Source: Chrysomallon squamiferum
Lineage: Eukaryota; Animalia; Mollusca
Reading direction: 5' to 3'
DNA: 64,000 bases
NCBI GenBank assembly: GCA_012295275.1
Contig: CM022665.1
Location: forward strand, 26,536,001 to 26,600,000
Below are positions 39,621-50,842 of this stretch, piece after piece; position 1 is the stretch's first letter, and each line of letters opens with the position of its first letter. Below the pieces are notes generated by a model. It was given only the letters and a program-made list of their open reading frames with translations, was not told the origin of the DNA and did not search any database. Made by a program: the position numbers and the translations under genes.

Positions 39621-40593
39621 CATGTTTGTTTGTTAGTTAATTGGATTCATCACTTGCTTGCTTCTGTTTTTTTTTTTTTTTCTATGCTTGCTTGATTGAA
39701 TGTTTTGTGTTTGTATGCTATTTGTTTGTTTGTATGTTGTTTTTCTTTTTGTTTTGTTTTACCTCGCAGTCAATATTGACATATTTCTCACAAGGCTTGT
39801 AGTCAGTGGAGACGGGTTTCTCGCACGGTTTTCCGTAACACTTTGGGAGGTCTACAAACCTCGTTCTGGTCTGATTTCCTTTACCGCAGGTTGCATCACA
39901 AGACGACCAACGACTCCACTCACCCTGCACGCAGTCCACAGGACAGCACATACCAGTACATTCTTTGCTCTCCTCAGTCACTTTGCACAGCTTCCCGCCG
40001 CACTGCCCCTGTTGCCGGATATTTCGCTTACGCGTCTGAATGCCTTGTTGTTCACACGGAGCCTGGCAGAAACTCCACGGAGACCATTCCCCGAGCACAC
40101 AGTCTTTGAAACAGCAAAGAACATCACAGCTGACTTCAACCGTTTTGTAACCACAGAATCCACCGCATTTCGAAGACGTAATTTGCTGTCGTATTCTTGT
40201 ACAATAGTTCCTTTCTCCTGGTTCTTTACACCCGGTGCTGGTGCAGTAACAGTTCCAAGGTCCCCAAGGTGAATATTTACAGTTTTCTGGACAACACTTT
40301 CTGTTGCACGGATCCGTTTCAGTAAGAGTTGAGTTACATTTCCCTCCACACAGAGCATTTCTGAGAATCGCTCTGGTTCTCTGCCTAACACCAGAATCCC
40401 CACATTCTTGAGAACATTTCCCCCACTGACTCCACTCTTGTAAGATACAATCTTCTGGGCTGCAGTTTGTTTCCGCCGATACAGCTAAACCACAGAGAAA
40501 CGACCAAAATATACAACTTTTTAAAATAATATTTATGTTTAATACCGTTTTTAAAAACGTATGTATCTGATCGCTAATGACTAATCTAACCAT
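2109..40593 (-). CDS. Giant non-classical cadherin (SP - 8xTSP1 - EGF - Sushi/CCP - >=28 cadherin repeats); 3' end not found in window
   Basis: 53 exons joined in one open frame with phase-compatible splice sites (5'->3'): 40593-39763, 37378-37149, 36685-36412, 35413-35288, 34369-34178, 33790-33629, 33313-33114, 32401-32299, 30853-30692, 30122-29900, 28976-28777, 28250-28124, 27930-27815, 27525-27361, 26480-26310, 25814-25650, 25334-24965, 24391-24207, 23490-23107, 22665-22495, 21987-21835, 21661-21515, 21395-21206, 20767-20538, 20093-19848, 19579-19418, 19091-18920, 18532-18384, 17980-17846, 17669-17247, 16823-16572, 16037-15882, 15478-15311, 14652-14488, 14058-13912, 13536-13383, 12970-12750, 12278-12042, 10777-10595, 10322-10212, 9954-9745, 9154-9005, 8687-8451, 7965-7774, 7337-7177, 6597-6363, 5730-5617, 5277-5203, 4668-4483, 3789-3628, 3204-3045, 2906-2782, 2408-2109 (sum 10,665 nt). 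Cadherin Ca2+ motifs (xPEN, DxD, LDYE/LDFE, ATDxGxPP, DxNExP) recur throughout. The last exon ends at a strong AAG|gtgagt donor and no further exon was found in 1-2108. Confidence 0.9.
10908..11810 (-). mobile_element. Degenerate, internally deleted Tc1/mariner DNA transposon in a cadherin intron
   Basis: ORF 11298-11744 carries FQHDNARPHT...WPTKSPDLSPTEH (Tc1 DDE catalytic region). A C-terminal remnant SMRWRCTAVINAAG lies near 11130-11177. Imperfect TIRs (TACTATGCCAAATAAGTTTAGCAA / TTACTAAACTTTTTTGGTTAAGTA) are flanked by TA. Confidence 0.85.
13608..13669. repeat. (GA)n microsatellite
   Basis: Pure dinucleotide run. Similar (GA/TC)n runs lie near 15166-15228, 22120-22192, 43845-43917, 52813-52893, 56273-56364 and 57895-57938. 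Confidence 0.95.
22674..22860. repeat. (AAT)n microsatellite / low-complexity tract
   Basis: Long ATA run. Similar (AAT/TTA)n tracts occur at about 42350-42650, 53621-53678, 57168-57260 and 63700-63870. Confidence 0.95.
23895..23974. repeat. 40-bp direct tandem duplication
   Basis: GAAAAACATTATTTCATTTATTAT(G/C)ACAA(T/C)TGACAAGTCT occurs twice. Confidence 0.8.
31240..31700 (-). mobile_element. Decayed mariner-like transposase fragment
   Basis: Minus-strand translation gives LHPLGCTVWCGF, GTTAHT and PSHSLDLT. These resemble the LHPxKxTVWCG, DGAxAH and WPxxSPDLxP motifs of mariner-type transposases and are interrupted by stops and frameshifts. Ends are approximate. Confidence 0.6.
31819..32063. 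mobile_element. MITE with 14-bp terminal inverted repeats
   Basis: TCATGGCCGTAACT (31819-31832) and AGTTACGGCCATGA (32050-32063) are perfect inverted copies. There is also a subterminal inverted pair AAATGAGGCAAAAAC / GTTTTTGCCTCATTT. Confidence 0.75.
33629..34369 (-). CDS. Cadherin gene exons 5-6: EGF-like domain followed by Sushi/CCP domain
   Basis: CQQQCNQGNCSCFYGFKLRNDGYSC fits the EGF-like CxCxxGFxLxxDGxxC pattern. It is followed by C...GKKCSASC...YVTCKEDGSWS...C (Sushi CxxDGxWS signature), then NKAP leading into the first cadherin repeat. Confidence 0.82.
35288..40593 (-). CDS. Cadherin gene exons 1-4: putative signal peptide plus 8 spondin-type thrombospondin type-1 repeats
   Basis: Repeated DC-x(3-4)-WSxWxxC...G...RxR...GGxxC...C units, e.g. 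DCILQEWSQWGKCSQECG, DCVQGEWSRWSSCDATCGKG, DCIFTAWGQWTMCDNNCG, DCKLSPWSEWSRCIRDC. A hydrophobic stretch IILKSCIFWSFLCGLAVSA precedes the first repeat. Confidence 0.88.
35414..35546. repeat. ~41-bp tandem repeat (3+ copies) at the cadherin exon 4 acceptor
   Basis: Units start with CTA at 35414, 35456 and 35497 and share TACCAA...ACTTAGTGTTA. Confidence 0.7.
37640..37755. mobile_element. Degraded SINE-like interspersed repeat fragment
   Basis: Resembles other intronic fragments (about 4870-5150 in the opposite orientation, 30960-31020, 49010-49190), judged by eye only. A tRNA A-box-like head TAGCTCAGTTAGG lies on the minus strand near 23817-23829. Confidence 0.35.
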
Positions 40594-41406
40594 TCTGTCA
40601 CAATTAAGATGTCCAAAACCCCACAGAATATTTTCTTTTCTTTTTTTTTCTCTTCTTTTTTCTTTTCAGAAAACAGTTAACAGAATGAAATTAAGATATC
40701 ACTTTGATGGTGTCTGGATTACTCTGTGATATATCACACTACAAGACCAGAGAGTCAATCATGATGCCTATCGATTGAGGATGAATAAAGTTTACATCTG
40801 CTAGAACATATTTTCGTATGGAGTCGGGCGGATTAGGCAAAGCTGTGGCATGCCTTATTGACGTATGAATAAATGTAACATGTTTTACATTACCTCTCAT
40901 AGTTGTTAGCACCAGCACTTTATTATTAAATAAATGATTGTATGGATACTACATTGTTGTAAATCTCTTGCGTAATTTTGTTCAAAATGTCTTAGGTGTA
41001 TGTGGCCAAAGGGCAGCTTTGATGTATGTTTGACGCCTTTTTTATTTTTATTTTATTCTTCTATTTATTTATTTGTTTTGGTTAAGATTTGTTTTTTTTT
41101 TTTTTTTTTTTTTTTTTTGTTGTTGTAATTTATAACATTTTTAATTGAAATAAATTTATAAAAATATTAAACGATCAAATAAAAGAATTTATTTATCAGT
41201 ACATATATTTATATATTTTGTTTTATTTTCTTCCTCTTCTTCTTCTTCTTTTCTTCTTCTTCTTCTTCTTCTTCTTATTATTATTATTAGTAGTAGTAGT
41301 AGTAGCAGCAACAGTAATAGCTGTAGAAGTAGTCGAGGCTGCAGTTAGTAATATTTGTTGTATTTATTGTTTTATTTATTTATTTATAATTTTGTTTTCT
41401 AATTAG

Positions 41407-41437
<31 letters not shown>

Positions 41438-42450
41438 ACACACAACAACAAAAAACAGTTATTAAACTGATAAAAAAGCTATTAATGTTAATGTTCCATT
41501 AAATTTGTAGAAAAATTAAACAAAGTGCCCCGCTCTGGATCATAGAAGAATTCAGTTGTATTACAATAGTTTTTTCATTTGGCTGGTATTTAATCATCGT
41601 GTTTAAAAAAATAATAATAATAAAAAAATAATAATAATATTAATAATAAATATATATATATTTGATGATTAAACAAATAAATAAATTAATTAATTAATGA
41701 TTTTAATAATAGGTGAATGAATTAATAAATAAATAAATAAGTAAATAATATATAATTAATAAATAAATAGGCTAAATAAGCAGTATATAATAAATAAATA
41801 ATCAAAGAAAGAGAAGAAAGAAATGTCTTTTTTTTTTTTTTTTATTATTTTTTTTTTTTGTACCCTTCTTACTGCAATTACGCCATCTTTAAATATATTT
41901 AATTTTTCAATGTGAATATGTCCACACCGTGTTCATGTTATAATTCAAACACTATTGTAAGAATTAAGTCTTAGTTAGTTATATTTTAATTTTTATTCAT
42001 AATAAATTTTGGTAATTATTTCCCAGCATTATCTTTAACTACATCCACATTATCAGAGTGTACCTTACTTGTTAAAAAACAACGTATTTTATTTCGCTTC
42101 TCGGTTTCTGTTATGTTTTGTAATGCAGATATAAAACACTGAAATCTGAGTTCGTTGATAAGTCAGTGAAAAATATGTTTGTTTGTTGCTATTTTGCTGT
42201 ATGAATATAAACTAATTTGTTTTGAAATTAATTCTTGAAGTATAAACAGTTGTCAGTAGTCAAAGCTCTAGATTCATAACATAAGAAAATGTTAAATTAT
42301 TCAGATTATTAGTAAAATTACTAAATTAATTTAATAACATTAGCACTAAAGATAATGATGACAAGACGACTACGACAACAACCAAAATAACAACCACAAC
42401 AACAATAATAATAATAACAACAGTAATAGTTGTATTGCAAGTAATAACAA

Positions 42451-42488
<38 letters not shown>

Positions 42489-43842
42489 ATTGTAGTGAAA
42501 GTAATAATAACAATAATAATAATAGTAGTACTAGTAGTAGTGATGGTACAAGTAATAGTAATAATGATAATGACGATGATAATAATAATGATAATGACTA
42601 TGATAATAATAATGATAATGATGATCATGATCATGATAATAGTAATAATAAATGAAGCGAGATGACTCAGTTTGAAACTGTTACTAACAATTGCAAAATA
42701 TGTTTGTGTGTTCTCATTCAAGTATTTAATAAGAAATACAGAACACATTTGATGGTGAAGTCCAGCTGTAAATCTGTTTACAAAGTGATCCGTTTATCTA
42801 AACAATGGTTCCTGCTCTTCAAGGTCAAAATTGTGAGACGCAATATTGACTTAACGTCATTTTTGACAGCTAGACAAAACGTCAAAGTTTTCCACTGGAG
42901 TAAACAGATTATATAGCGTTTGATCTTAAGAAAAACAAAACAATACAATTTGTTTGTGTTCTCGATAGGTTTTCTTTGACACACACACACACACACACTT
43001 ATATATATATACACACATAAATGCACGCAACCATACATACCTACTCACACACATATACATATACAAATATTCATACACACGTACATATATTCAAAATTAT
43101 AAACACATACCCACAAATATATATACATGCACACATACATACAAACACGTGCATATATACATACATACACACAAATACACATACATCATATTATGCATGT
43201 ATACACTCATATATACTCTTTGTGTGTCTGTGTCAGCATGCCTGCATACGTTCTGTAAAAAAACTATAAAAAAACAGTAGTGTATGTTGTTATTTATTAT
43301 TTCATTAACGAAAAATTTTAAACAGAACCTTAGAAGTATTTGCAATATAATATATTTTGATTATGTTTTTATTTAAAGTTTATGCATTTTTTTTTGTTCT
43401 CCTGTTGAATAAATAACAGTAGCAGAAGCAGTTATAATTATCACTGTAATTACTTCTACTAATCTACTGCTGCTACTACGATTACGACTACTACTACTAC
43501 GACAACTCCAACTACTATATCTATGACACTACACGGTTCGATCAAATTTGTCGATAGTTTAAAGTCGCGACCTACACGTACTGCAAGTAACAGATACATC
43601 TTTAGAAATTACGAATATGTGAATCTATGAACAGATTTTACGTTTAACAGTTGTGACACCTAATAAATTTTATTACAGCAAAGAAAGTTATTCACTTTTG
43701 AAATCAGTGTTATGGTTGGTTGTTTCGTCGATAGTGTTGAATATATAATGCTGATTTTGCAAAATTCCATATTGATAGTTTCGTGCCCACTCCGAACTCT
43801 GTCATTGTTTACGAACACATAAGACTGTTTTTGTCACTGTTG

Positions 43843-43923
<81 letters not shown>

Positions 43924-44205
43924 ATCTATCTATCCGTCTGTCTATCTATCCGTCTGTCTATATCTATCTATCTACACACACACACACACACATTTTATTT
44001 TTATTTATTTATTTATTTTATTTCTGTAAATTGCAGTGTAAATGCAAGACTTTATTGAGTAAGAGACTGATACAAATTTTCTTTTCTTTTTTCTTTTGAT
44101 AAATACATAACAAACTCAGTATGTTATCTTTATTAGTATTTCGTGTTGTCTTGCATGTAGAAAATGTTTACAGTATATATATAATATATACGTATATTCA
44201 GTGTA

Positions 44206-47200
44206 TTACGCAGGACATTCTTGTGGTGGGATGAAAACACTTGGATCGGAGATTCCAGCAGTAATGTCAAAAAATCTGAAAAGTTTGAAAATATAAAACA
44301 GTTACGTTTTAAAGTCTGAATTACCACTGACAACACTATTTTATAAAGTTATGTAAACAGTATCTAACTGATATGGTTATAAAAAAAATTGATCTGTCTA
44401 AATTCAGCTTCATTTTAAAAGGTTCTTTTTGGTCCCAACATCCAGTCTGTCTCGCACTTTATGCAAATTGTACATACTGTGTCAACGTTCAGAAGATGTA
44501 TGTAAAAGGATAGTACCATAGATTAAACTATCCTCGACCAATCTTTAATATACAGTTGGCACTTTAGACCAAATTACTGTACATAATATAAAAAAAATAA
44601 TTAAAAAAAGATTAAAAAATATCACTACCATTTTTAGACCAATCATTTTCCGTGCACAATTTTTAAAACTGATTACAGTAAAATACTGCGATAACTGACA
44701 AAACTCCGCAGAAATGTGAGGTGACTGCATGCAGTAAGTAAATGAAACATTTTTTTTGGGGGGGGATGTTGTTTTTATGATCTAGAAGTATATACATGAG
44801 TTACACTTACGTCGTATGAAGTAATCCAGTTTTGTCACTGATGAAAAAATACTGAACTGGAAAACAGCTGGGGACTGTCACCGCAGCACCGTAGAAATCT
44901 GAAACGAAAAACGAGAAAGTAAAAATATTGTTTGGATAATTACAGCTTGATTTTGACGTTTTCGGAAATGTGTATACCAAATTATTTTGTTAGTTTCAAA
45001 TAAGATTTAAAACTGTTGATAATGCTTTAAAAATGAGCGTTAAAATGAGCTTTAAATAAGGAAGGAACGAAGGACAAAACTTTTTTTTTTTTAAATCTTA
45101 ATTGTTTGTTATTATTTTTAGTAGTGATGTAGTAGTTGTAGTAAGAGAGTCATCGAAAGTAGTAGTAGTAGTGTAGCACTAGCTACAGCAGCAGCAGTAG
45201 TATTTGCTATCTCTTAAAATTATACATAAAATGCTGTCTGTTTAAAGAAACTTACTATTTTCGAATTTCCCTTCAAAAAAAGCAAAGATCATGTGTTCAT
45301 TCGGGTTACTAGCTTCACCGATGCTTTCTTCACCTCGGAACTTTGCATCAGACGGTAGATGCATGGGTATAAAAGGTCTGGTAAGTACCGTCTTGTTACA
45401 TTTCTTGGTCTTAAGATTCAGGCTATACACAAATCCCTAAAGTTAAAACAAATAATATATATATATTTTTTTTAAATATTACATTAATCTCAAAGAATGT
45501 ACTGTGAATAATCGAAATAACAGACAGTTACATAAATGAAATGACTAAAGATTGCTCCGCTTTATCCATGAGTTTGGCGGTTTTGACCAACTCCTGTTCT
45601 TAATCACTGTACGGTAAATAGTATTTTTATATTGGCACACAGTACACTGCAAAACGATTTACGTGGAGTTTTAGAGTTCTTAGTCGTACATATGGGATAA
45701 AATTGCGACATTCATTTTCTACAAATATCCGCGGTTTTGCACATCCATGTGGATGCTGGAACCGTGAGATACCCGCAGATAAAACGGTTCGAATTGTACG
45801 CGGTAGTTCGAATTTAAGTAAAGTTTAAATGACGAAAATCTCGAATTATTTAATAAGTAATTAAAACTCTTTATCAAATAACCAAGTTTCATTTAAATAT
45901 TTCCACGCTGTTTCGAATTAACTGTACTCTTGAGTTTGCGATATTTAAACTGTGTGACATATAATTTACAGCAAAAGTCAGTTTGAGTGAAATTTCACTA
46001 TAAGGTGCACGTTGATTACAATAAACGATCCTGAAAGTGTACACGCTAAAAAAGTATAATATGAAGCAATGAAAAAAGATAAAACCATAACAGATGAAAC
46101 AACATTCACATGTCAGCCCTTTGTTTGGATTATTATAAATACATTTATACTAACTTCATTGTCAAGTTACAATATACAACTAGAGTGTACTAACGTAATC
46201 ATGAAGTTACAAAATATAACTAGCGTATACTAACTTCATTGTGAAGGTACAAGATATAACTAGAGGGTACTAACATCATTGTAAAGGTAGAATATATGAA
46301 TAGAGTGTACTAATTTTATTGTGAAGGCACAAAATATTACTAGAGGGTACTGACTTCGTTGTTAAGTTACAGTATATGAATACAGGTTACCAACTTCATT
46401 GTGAAGATAAAGAATCAAACTAGAGGGTCCTAACTTAATGCGAAGTTACAAGATATAACTAGAGTGCACTAACTTCATTGTACAAATAGAGATTGTCGTA
46501 GAAATCTTTAGATGAGCCGATGTCCATTTCCTCCACTTGTCTAACTCGTCGATTGTCGGCATCGTAACTCAGTTTTGCAAACATCACAAAATTTTCTTTT
46601 TTATCGATCTGAAATTATATAGGCGAAAATTAAGTTTTTATTACATACAAGCTGTAACAATAAATTTAAAGTAAGTCTAGTGTATTAATGTCTTAAAAGA
46701 AGAACAACTGGTGAGGTGGGGAAATTTAAGAAATATTATGTATCGGGTATCCGATGATTGCTGATATTGCGTTTGATGTGATACAGGCTGACATTAAAAA
46801 AAATCCGGCGACCTCCGGACAAGATGAGTGTCAGATTTTCAAAAATGCCGAATTTTTTTATGGTTGTACATGCTGTATATATTTAACAGAAAATGCTGGT
46901 TTTTAATATCATACACTGTTGAAGAACCAAAGTCGTATGTTTCTCAAATGGTTTGCACAGACACGCCGCTATTAATTTTTTTTTTTTTTTTAGCATTTCC
47001 ACTTTCTCTGCGATCGACAACCGACGATGTTTATGTTTTACGCCACCTCTTTTCTTTGCTGAATCTATAATTGGGCTATACAGCAGCAAATAAATGACAA
47101 AATGAGAAGGAATGAGGAGGAATGTCTATAAGCAGGTGCAAGCTAGACCCAACAGCTGATTCTGGAGTACAGCGCCATCAAAACATAAACAGCACCTCCA

Positions 47201-47338
47201 GAAAACATTGGCGCGCCAAACCGGTAAATTTGAAAATGCACTCCGAAATCCATGCCGGAAATCTGAAGGAATCGGATTTTCGATGTCCGGATTTTTTAAT
47301 GTCAACCTGCAGTTTGTTGTTTGTTTCTTTGTATGTGT

Positions 47339-47373
<35 letters not shown>

Positions 47374-48264
47374 TTATTATTATTATTATCATCATCATCA
47401 TCATCATTATTTTTATTAACACACACATATATATGATAATGATGACGACAATAAATGTGTCTGTGCATACTGTGCTCGCATATCCATTTTTAACATTATG
47501 TAGTAAATTCACACCATCCTGCCTGACTGTGACATACACATAAATACATATATTTAAAATGTGAAGATGCACATTTCTTAAATTTACCGTTGTTATTCGT
47601 CCTTCAAACTGTTTAGGGCTTTCTGAAAATAAATTAGCATAACAATAATATTAACAGCGAAACAACAACACTGTAATCAAAGAATGAATGAATGTTTAAC
47701 GACTCCCCAGCATGAAAAATATATCGGTTACTGGGTGTCCCCCCCAAAAAGGGTAAATATAGCAAAATGGTGAATGTTTCCTATATCAATATTCAAAATT
47801 AGTCAAAACACACTGTAAAGAGCTGTGCAAAAAGTATCACAATTTATTTAATTTATAATTTATGGTAAAATTCTGTAATTCTCAGAAATTTTAAAACAAG
47901 TTCTGGATGGAATCGAAATGATTACATCGCATTTACGAAGAAAAATCTAGAAATTACATATAACACAAATACAGTAAATAATGTATCATAATACATTTTC
48001 AAGCTTTTTTTTTCTATGTTTCTTTAACGACACCCCCAGCACAAAATATAAAATTTATTTTATTTATTTCTAATCCAGAAACAACTTTTGATGTGACGCG
48101 AACTGTGATTAAATTCATAATAATTATCGTTATATTTGACGAAATTTTATAACAAATGTCTTCTACTGAATGTACAAACATGATAGAGTCTACTGACCGC
48201 ATGGTTTTGGCAGCTGAGCTTGGCAAATCACACAAAGAAGAGAAACCACAACAAAGACCTTCAT
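44206..48264 (-). CDS. EPDR: Ependymin-related protein, paralog A (6 exons, 191 aa, signal peptide)
   Basis: Exons 48264-48198, 47622-47588, 46608-46474, 45436-45256, 44898-44811, 44275-44206. MKVFVVVSLLCVICQAQLPKPCESPKQFEGR...LSYDADNRRVR...KKCNKTVLTRPF...CFPV...FFDITAGISDPSVFIPPQECPA*. These match ependymin-family signatures (PC.SP.QFEGR, SYD...RR.R, GI.DP..F.PP..C). Confidence 0.93.
46148..46482. repeat. 40-bp minisatellite (about 8 copies) overlapping the EPDR-A exon 3 donor
   Basis: Units start at 46148, 46188, 46228, 46268, 46308, 46348, 46388, 46428 and 46467. Consensus is approximately TACTAACTTCATTGTGAAGTTACAAGATATAACTAGAGTG. Confidence 0.9.
46784..47309 (-). mobile_element. pogo/Tigger-derived non-autonomous element in EPDR-A intron 2
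   Basis: TIRs CAGGCTGACATTAAAAAAAATCCGG / CCGGATTTTTTAATGTCAACCTG with a 5' TA. The internal peptide KHKHRRLSIAEKVEML resembles the N-terminal HTH of pogo/Tigger/CENP-B transposases. Confidence 0.75.
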
Positions 48265-48329
48265 GATGGCGGACGAGAACAAGCCAGCAGACGACAATTT
48301 TTAAGTGGAACATCTTGGCTAGAAAATAA

Positions 48330-48337
48330 TCTTATCA
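48330..48337 (-). promoter_or_regulatory. GATA motif upstream of EPDR-A
   Basis: TGATAAGA in sense orientation about 65 nt before the ATG; the same 8-mer occurs at paralogs B, C and E. Confidence 0.5.
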
Positions 48338-49696
48338 AGATGACTTTAGAATCGACACATGTTGAATCTCATGTCAGCTGAAAGTAGAGTACTTTTAATA
48401 TTTCAGAACTTTAGTTTGGAAAGTACAAAGCTGCAGATATACATTCAAGTAATGATAATTATATGCTGTTTACAATAAAAATAAAATAAAAATGTATTGT
48501 ATTTTTCATCATCATCACGTTATTGCTACTAATGATAGTAGTAGTACCAATAGTAGTTGCAGAGCTACTGCAACTACTGCCTTTGCTATTATTTATTTGT
48601 TTGTTTGTTTGTTTGTTCGTTCGTTGGTATGTTCGTTCGTTCGTTCGCTCGCTCGTTTGTTTAGTTGCTTGATTTGTTCAACCTGCATTGCAGTTATGGC
48701 TGGAAAAGTTTTTAATAATTATTTAGGTGAAAGAGAATTGAACTATTTTTGTTCAGTCTCTGATTTCAACAATTTAAAGAAGAAATTTTTTTTGTTCGTT
48801 ATTTAATTATTTTTATTATCATTTATCTGAACAAAGAACAGATTAAACTCATCTTTATTAAGATGCCTTTTAACAAATGATTATATCATATTAAGTCATT
48901 TCTCGGGTGCTAACTGTTATTGTGTAGGTTTTCTTTTATTACTTTATTATTATTATTATTATTTCAAATGATCATTTGAAAGAGAAAACGTTTTTGCATC
49001 ACTTCAAGAGTTACTCTTCAGTAGCAAAATATCTTTTCTATATGTCTTCCCATAGAAAGCAAATCTTTAGCATGGCCATTAATAAAATAATCGTTAACGC
49101 TGCGACTGGAATAGAAAATAGCCCAGTGGATTTAAAGACTGCGATGTATCAAATTCGTGGTCTTCTCTAAAGCTCACGGCTATTTCATATTTAGTTTACA
49201 TTTTTTATCCACTACTGTTTCTTAAGGTTTTACAGTATGTGTTTGAATAATTTGTTTTGTATTTTCACTGAAATTATTAAATATTGAATCTAGAAATATC
49301 AAATAACAATAATGATGATAATAACAAGAGCAACCACAACCATAACAATAACAACAATAATAATTACAACAACCAAGACAGCAACAATAACAGTAATACG
49401 CACAACAGTATTAACAATAACATCAGCATCGACAACCACCACAACAATGAAAATTATATTAACAAAAAAGTCTATTTTTAAGCAAAAAAAAAAAAAAAAA
49501 AAGAAAGAAAGAAAGAAAGAAAAAAAAGTTAAACAAAATAAAAAGCAAACGAACAAAAAAAAAAAAAAAAATCCCTGACTAGAAGTTTTAATACTGTGTG
49601 GTATTTGACTAAATTATTCAAAGAAAACAAAAAGACACTGTCTGGAAACCATGTTTTTATTAGACAGTTAATGACGCAACATGATGTACAGTGAAA

Positions 49697-50811
49697 TTAA
49701 GATGGACACTCCGGAGGTGGAATGAAGTGCGACGGATCGTGAATTCCCAGAGTCAAATCGTAAAAACTGAAGTTAGAAAAGAAAGCAAATTATAAACTAA
49801 ATGTATATGAAAAAAAAATACAACAACAACAACAAAAATAAAAGTAGTAGTAGCTCTAGCATTAGCAGGTAGTGTTTTCTCAGCCCAAAAGTGACGTCAT
49901 CAAACCTGAGCTAAAAAATTAACGCTGGCTGCAGCGAGTCGCAGCCGATTCAAACATTGTTCCACAAAACTTTCTCTCGGTTGCCTTGCTTGCACAATTA
50001 TGTGTTGTCTTTCTGCGTAATTTTGCTTGAATAACGATATGTTAGGAAACTGGTTCTGTTATCGCTCCAACGGTCTTTCAGCAATAATAATAAAATAGAA
50101 TAACATTCAGTAAATTTTATTTTATTTTATTTTATTTGTTTATTTATTTATTTTTTATTTTTTTTTTCTCGTACCCAGTATTAGTAGTAGTCGTAATAAA
50201 ATGACATTTAAGAGACTTTTTTTTTACTAAAAATGAAGAATATATATTTAGCCGTTAAATAATAATAAAAACAACAACAAATAAATAATAACAAAATTAA
50301 CAACAAACAAACAAAACAAAAGCAGTAACAATAAGAAAAAAATAAAATTAATAGATAATTATAATTACAGCTATATTATTTTCTAATTAAGTTATTTCAA
50401 ATAAAATTAAATTAAAATTAACCGTATTTAAATTTTTATCTGCGACATGACGTCACTGTTTTCTTAATTTTGTGCTGCATGCCATATTTAGATAAGATTA
50501 TGTCGATAAAACAATTGCATTATTTTTAAATTTTGTATTGGCAGCTTGTCAATATATCGACAGATATGCTTTTAATGACATTAAAATTAAATTTAATAGT
50601 TTAAAAAACATACTCTGTCTGAAGAAATCCGGTTCTTTTGCTGTAGAAGTCCATACGAACAAGAGCGCAGTCTGGACTAGTTACAGACATAGCGTAATCG
50701 TCTTAAAATAAAAATCATTTATTGTTATTTTCAAGTTTATGATATTTTATTCTGATCTCTTATGTAGTAGTTGTGCAATTAGCTTTATTAATAATAATAA
50801 TAATAATAACA

Positions 50812-50842
<31 letters not shown>

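Noticed and set aside
39700-40403. Overlapping ORFs 39700-40272(+), 39843-40109(+) and 39978-40403(-)
   Set aside because: Shadow frames of the GC-richer TSP1 exon with no recognisable motifs.
42326-42748. ORF as a possible signal-peptide exon of the cadherin
   Set aside because: Mostly trinucleotide low-complexity sequence; no signal-like segment with a compatible donor.
45600-45955. Possible MITE remnant in EPDR-A intron 3 (TTCGAATT motifs)
   Set aside because: Termini could not be matched convincingly.
46148-46482. CRISPR-like regularly spaced repeats
   Set aside because: Units are contiguous degenerate copies with no unique spacers, the context is a eukaryotic intron, and there are no cas genes.
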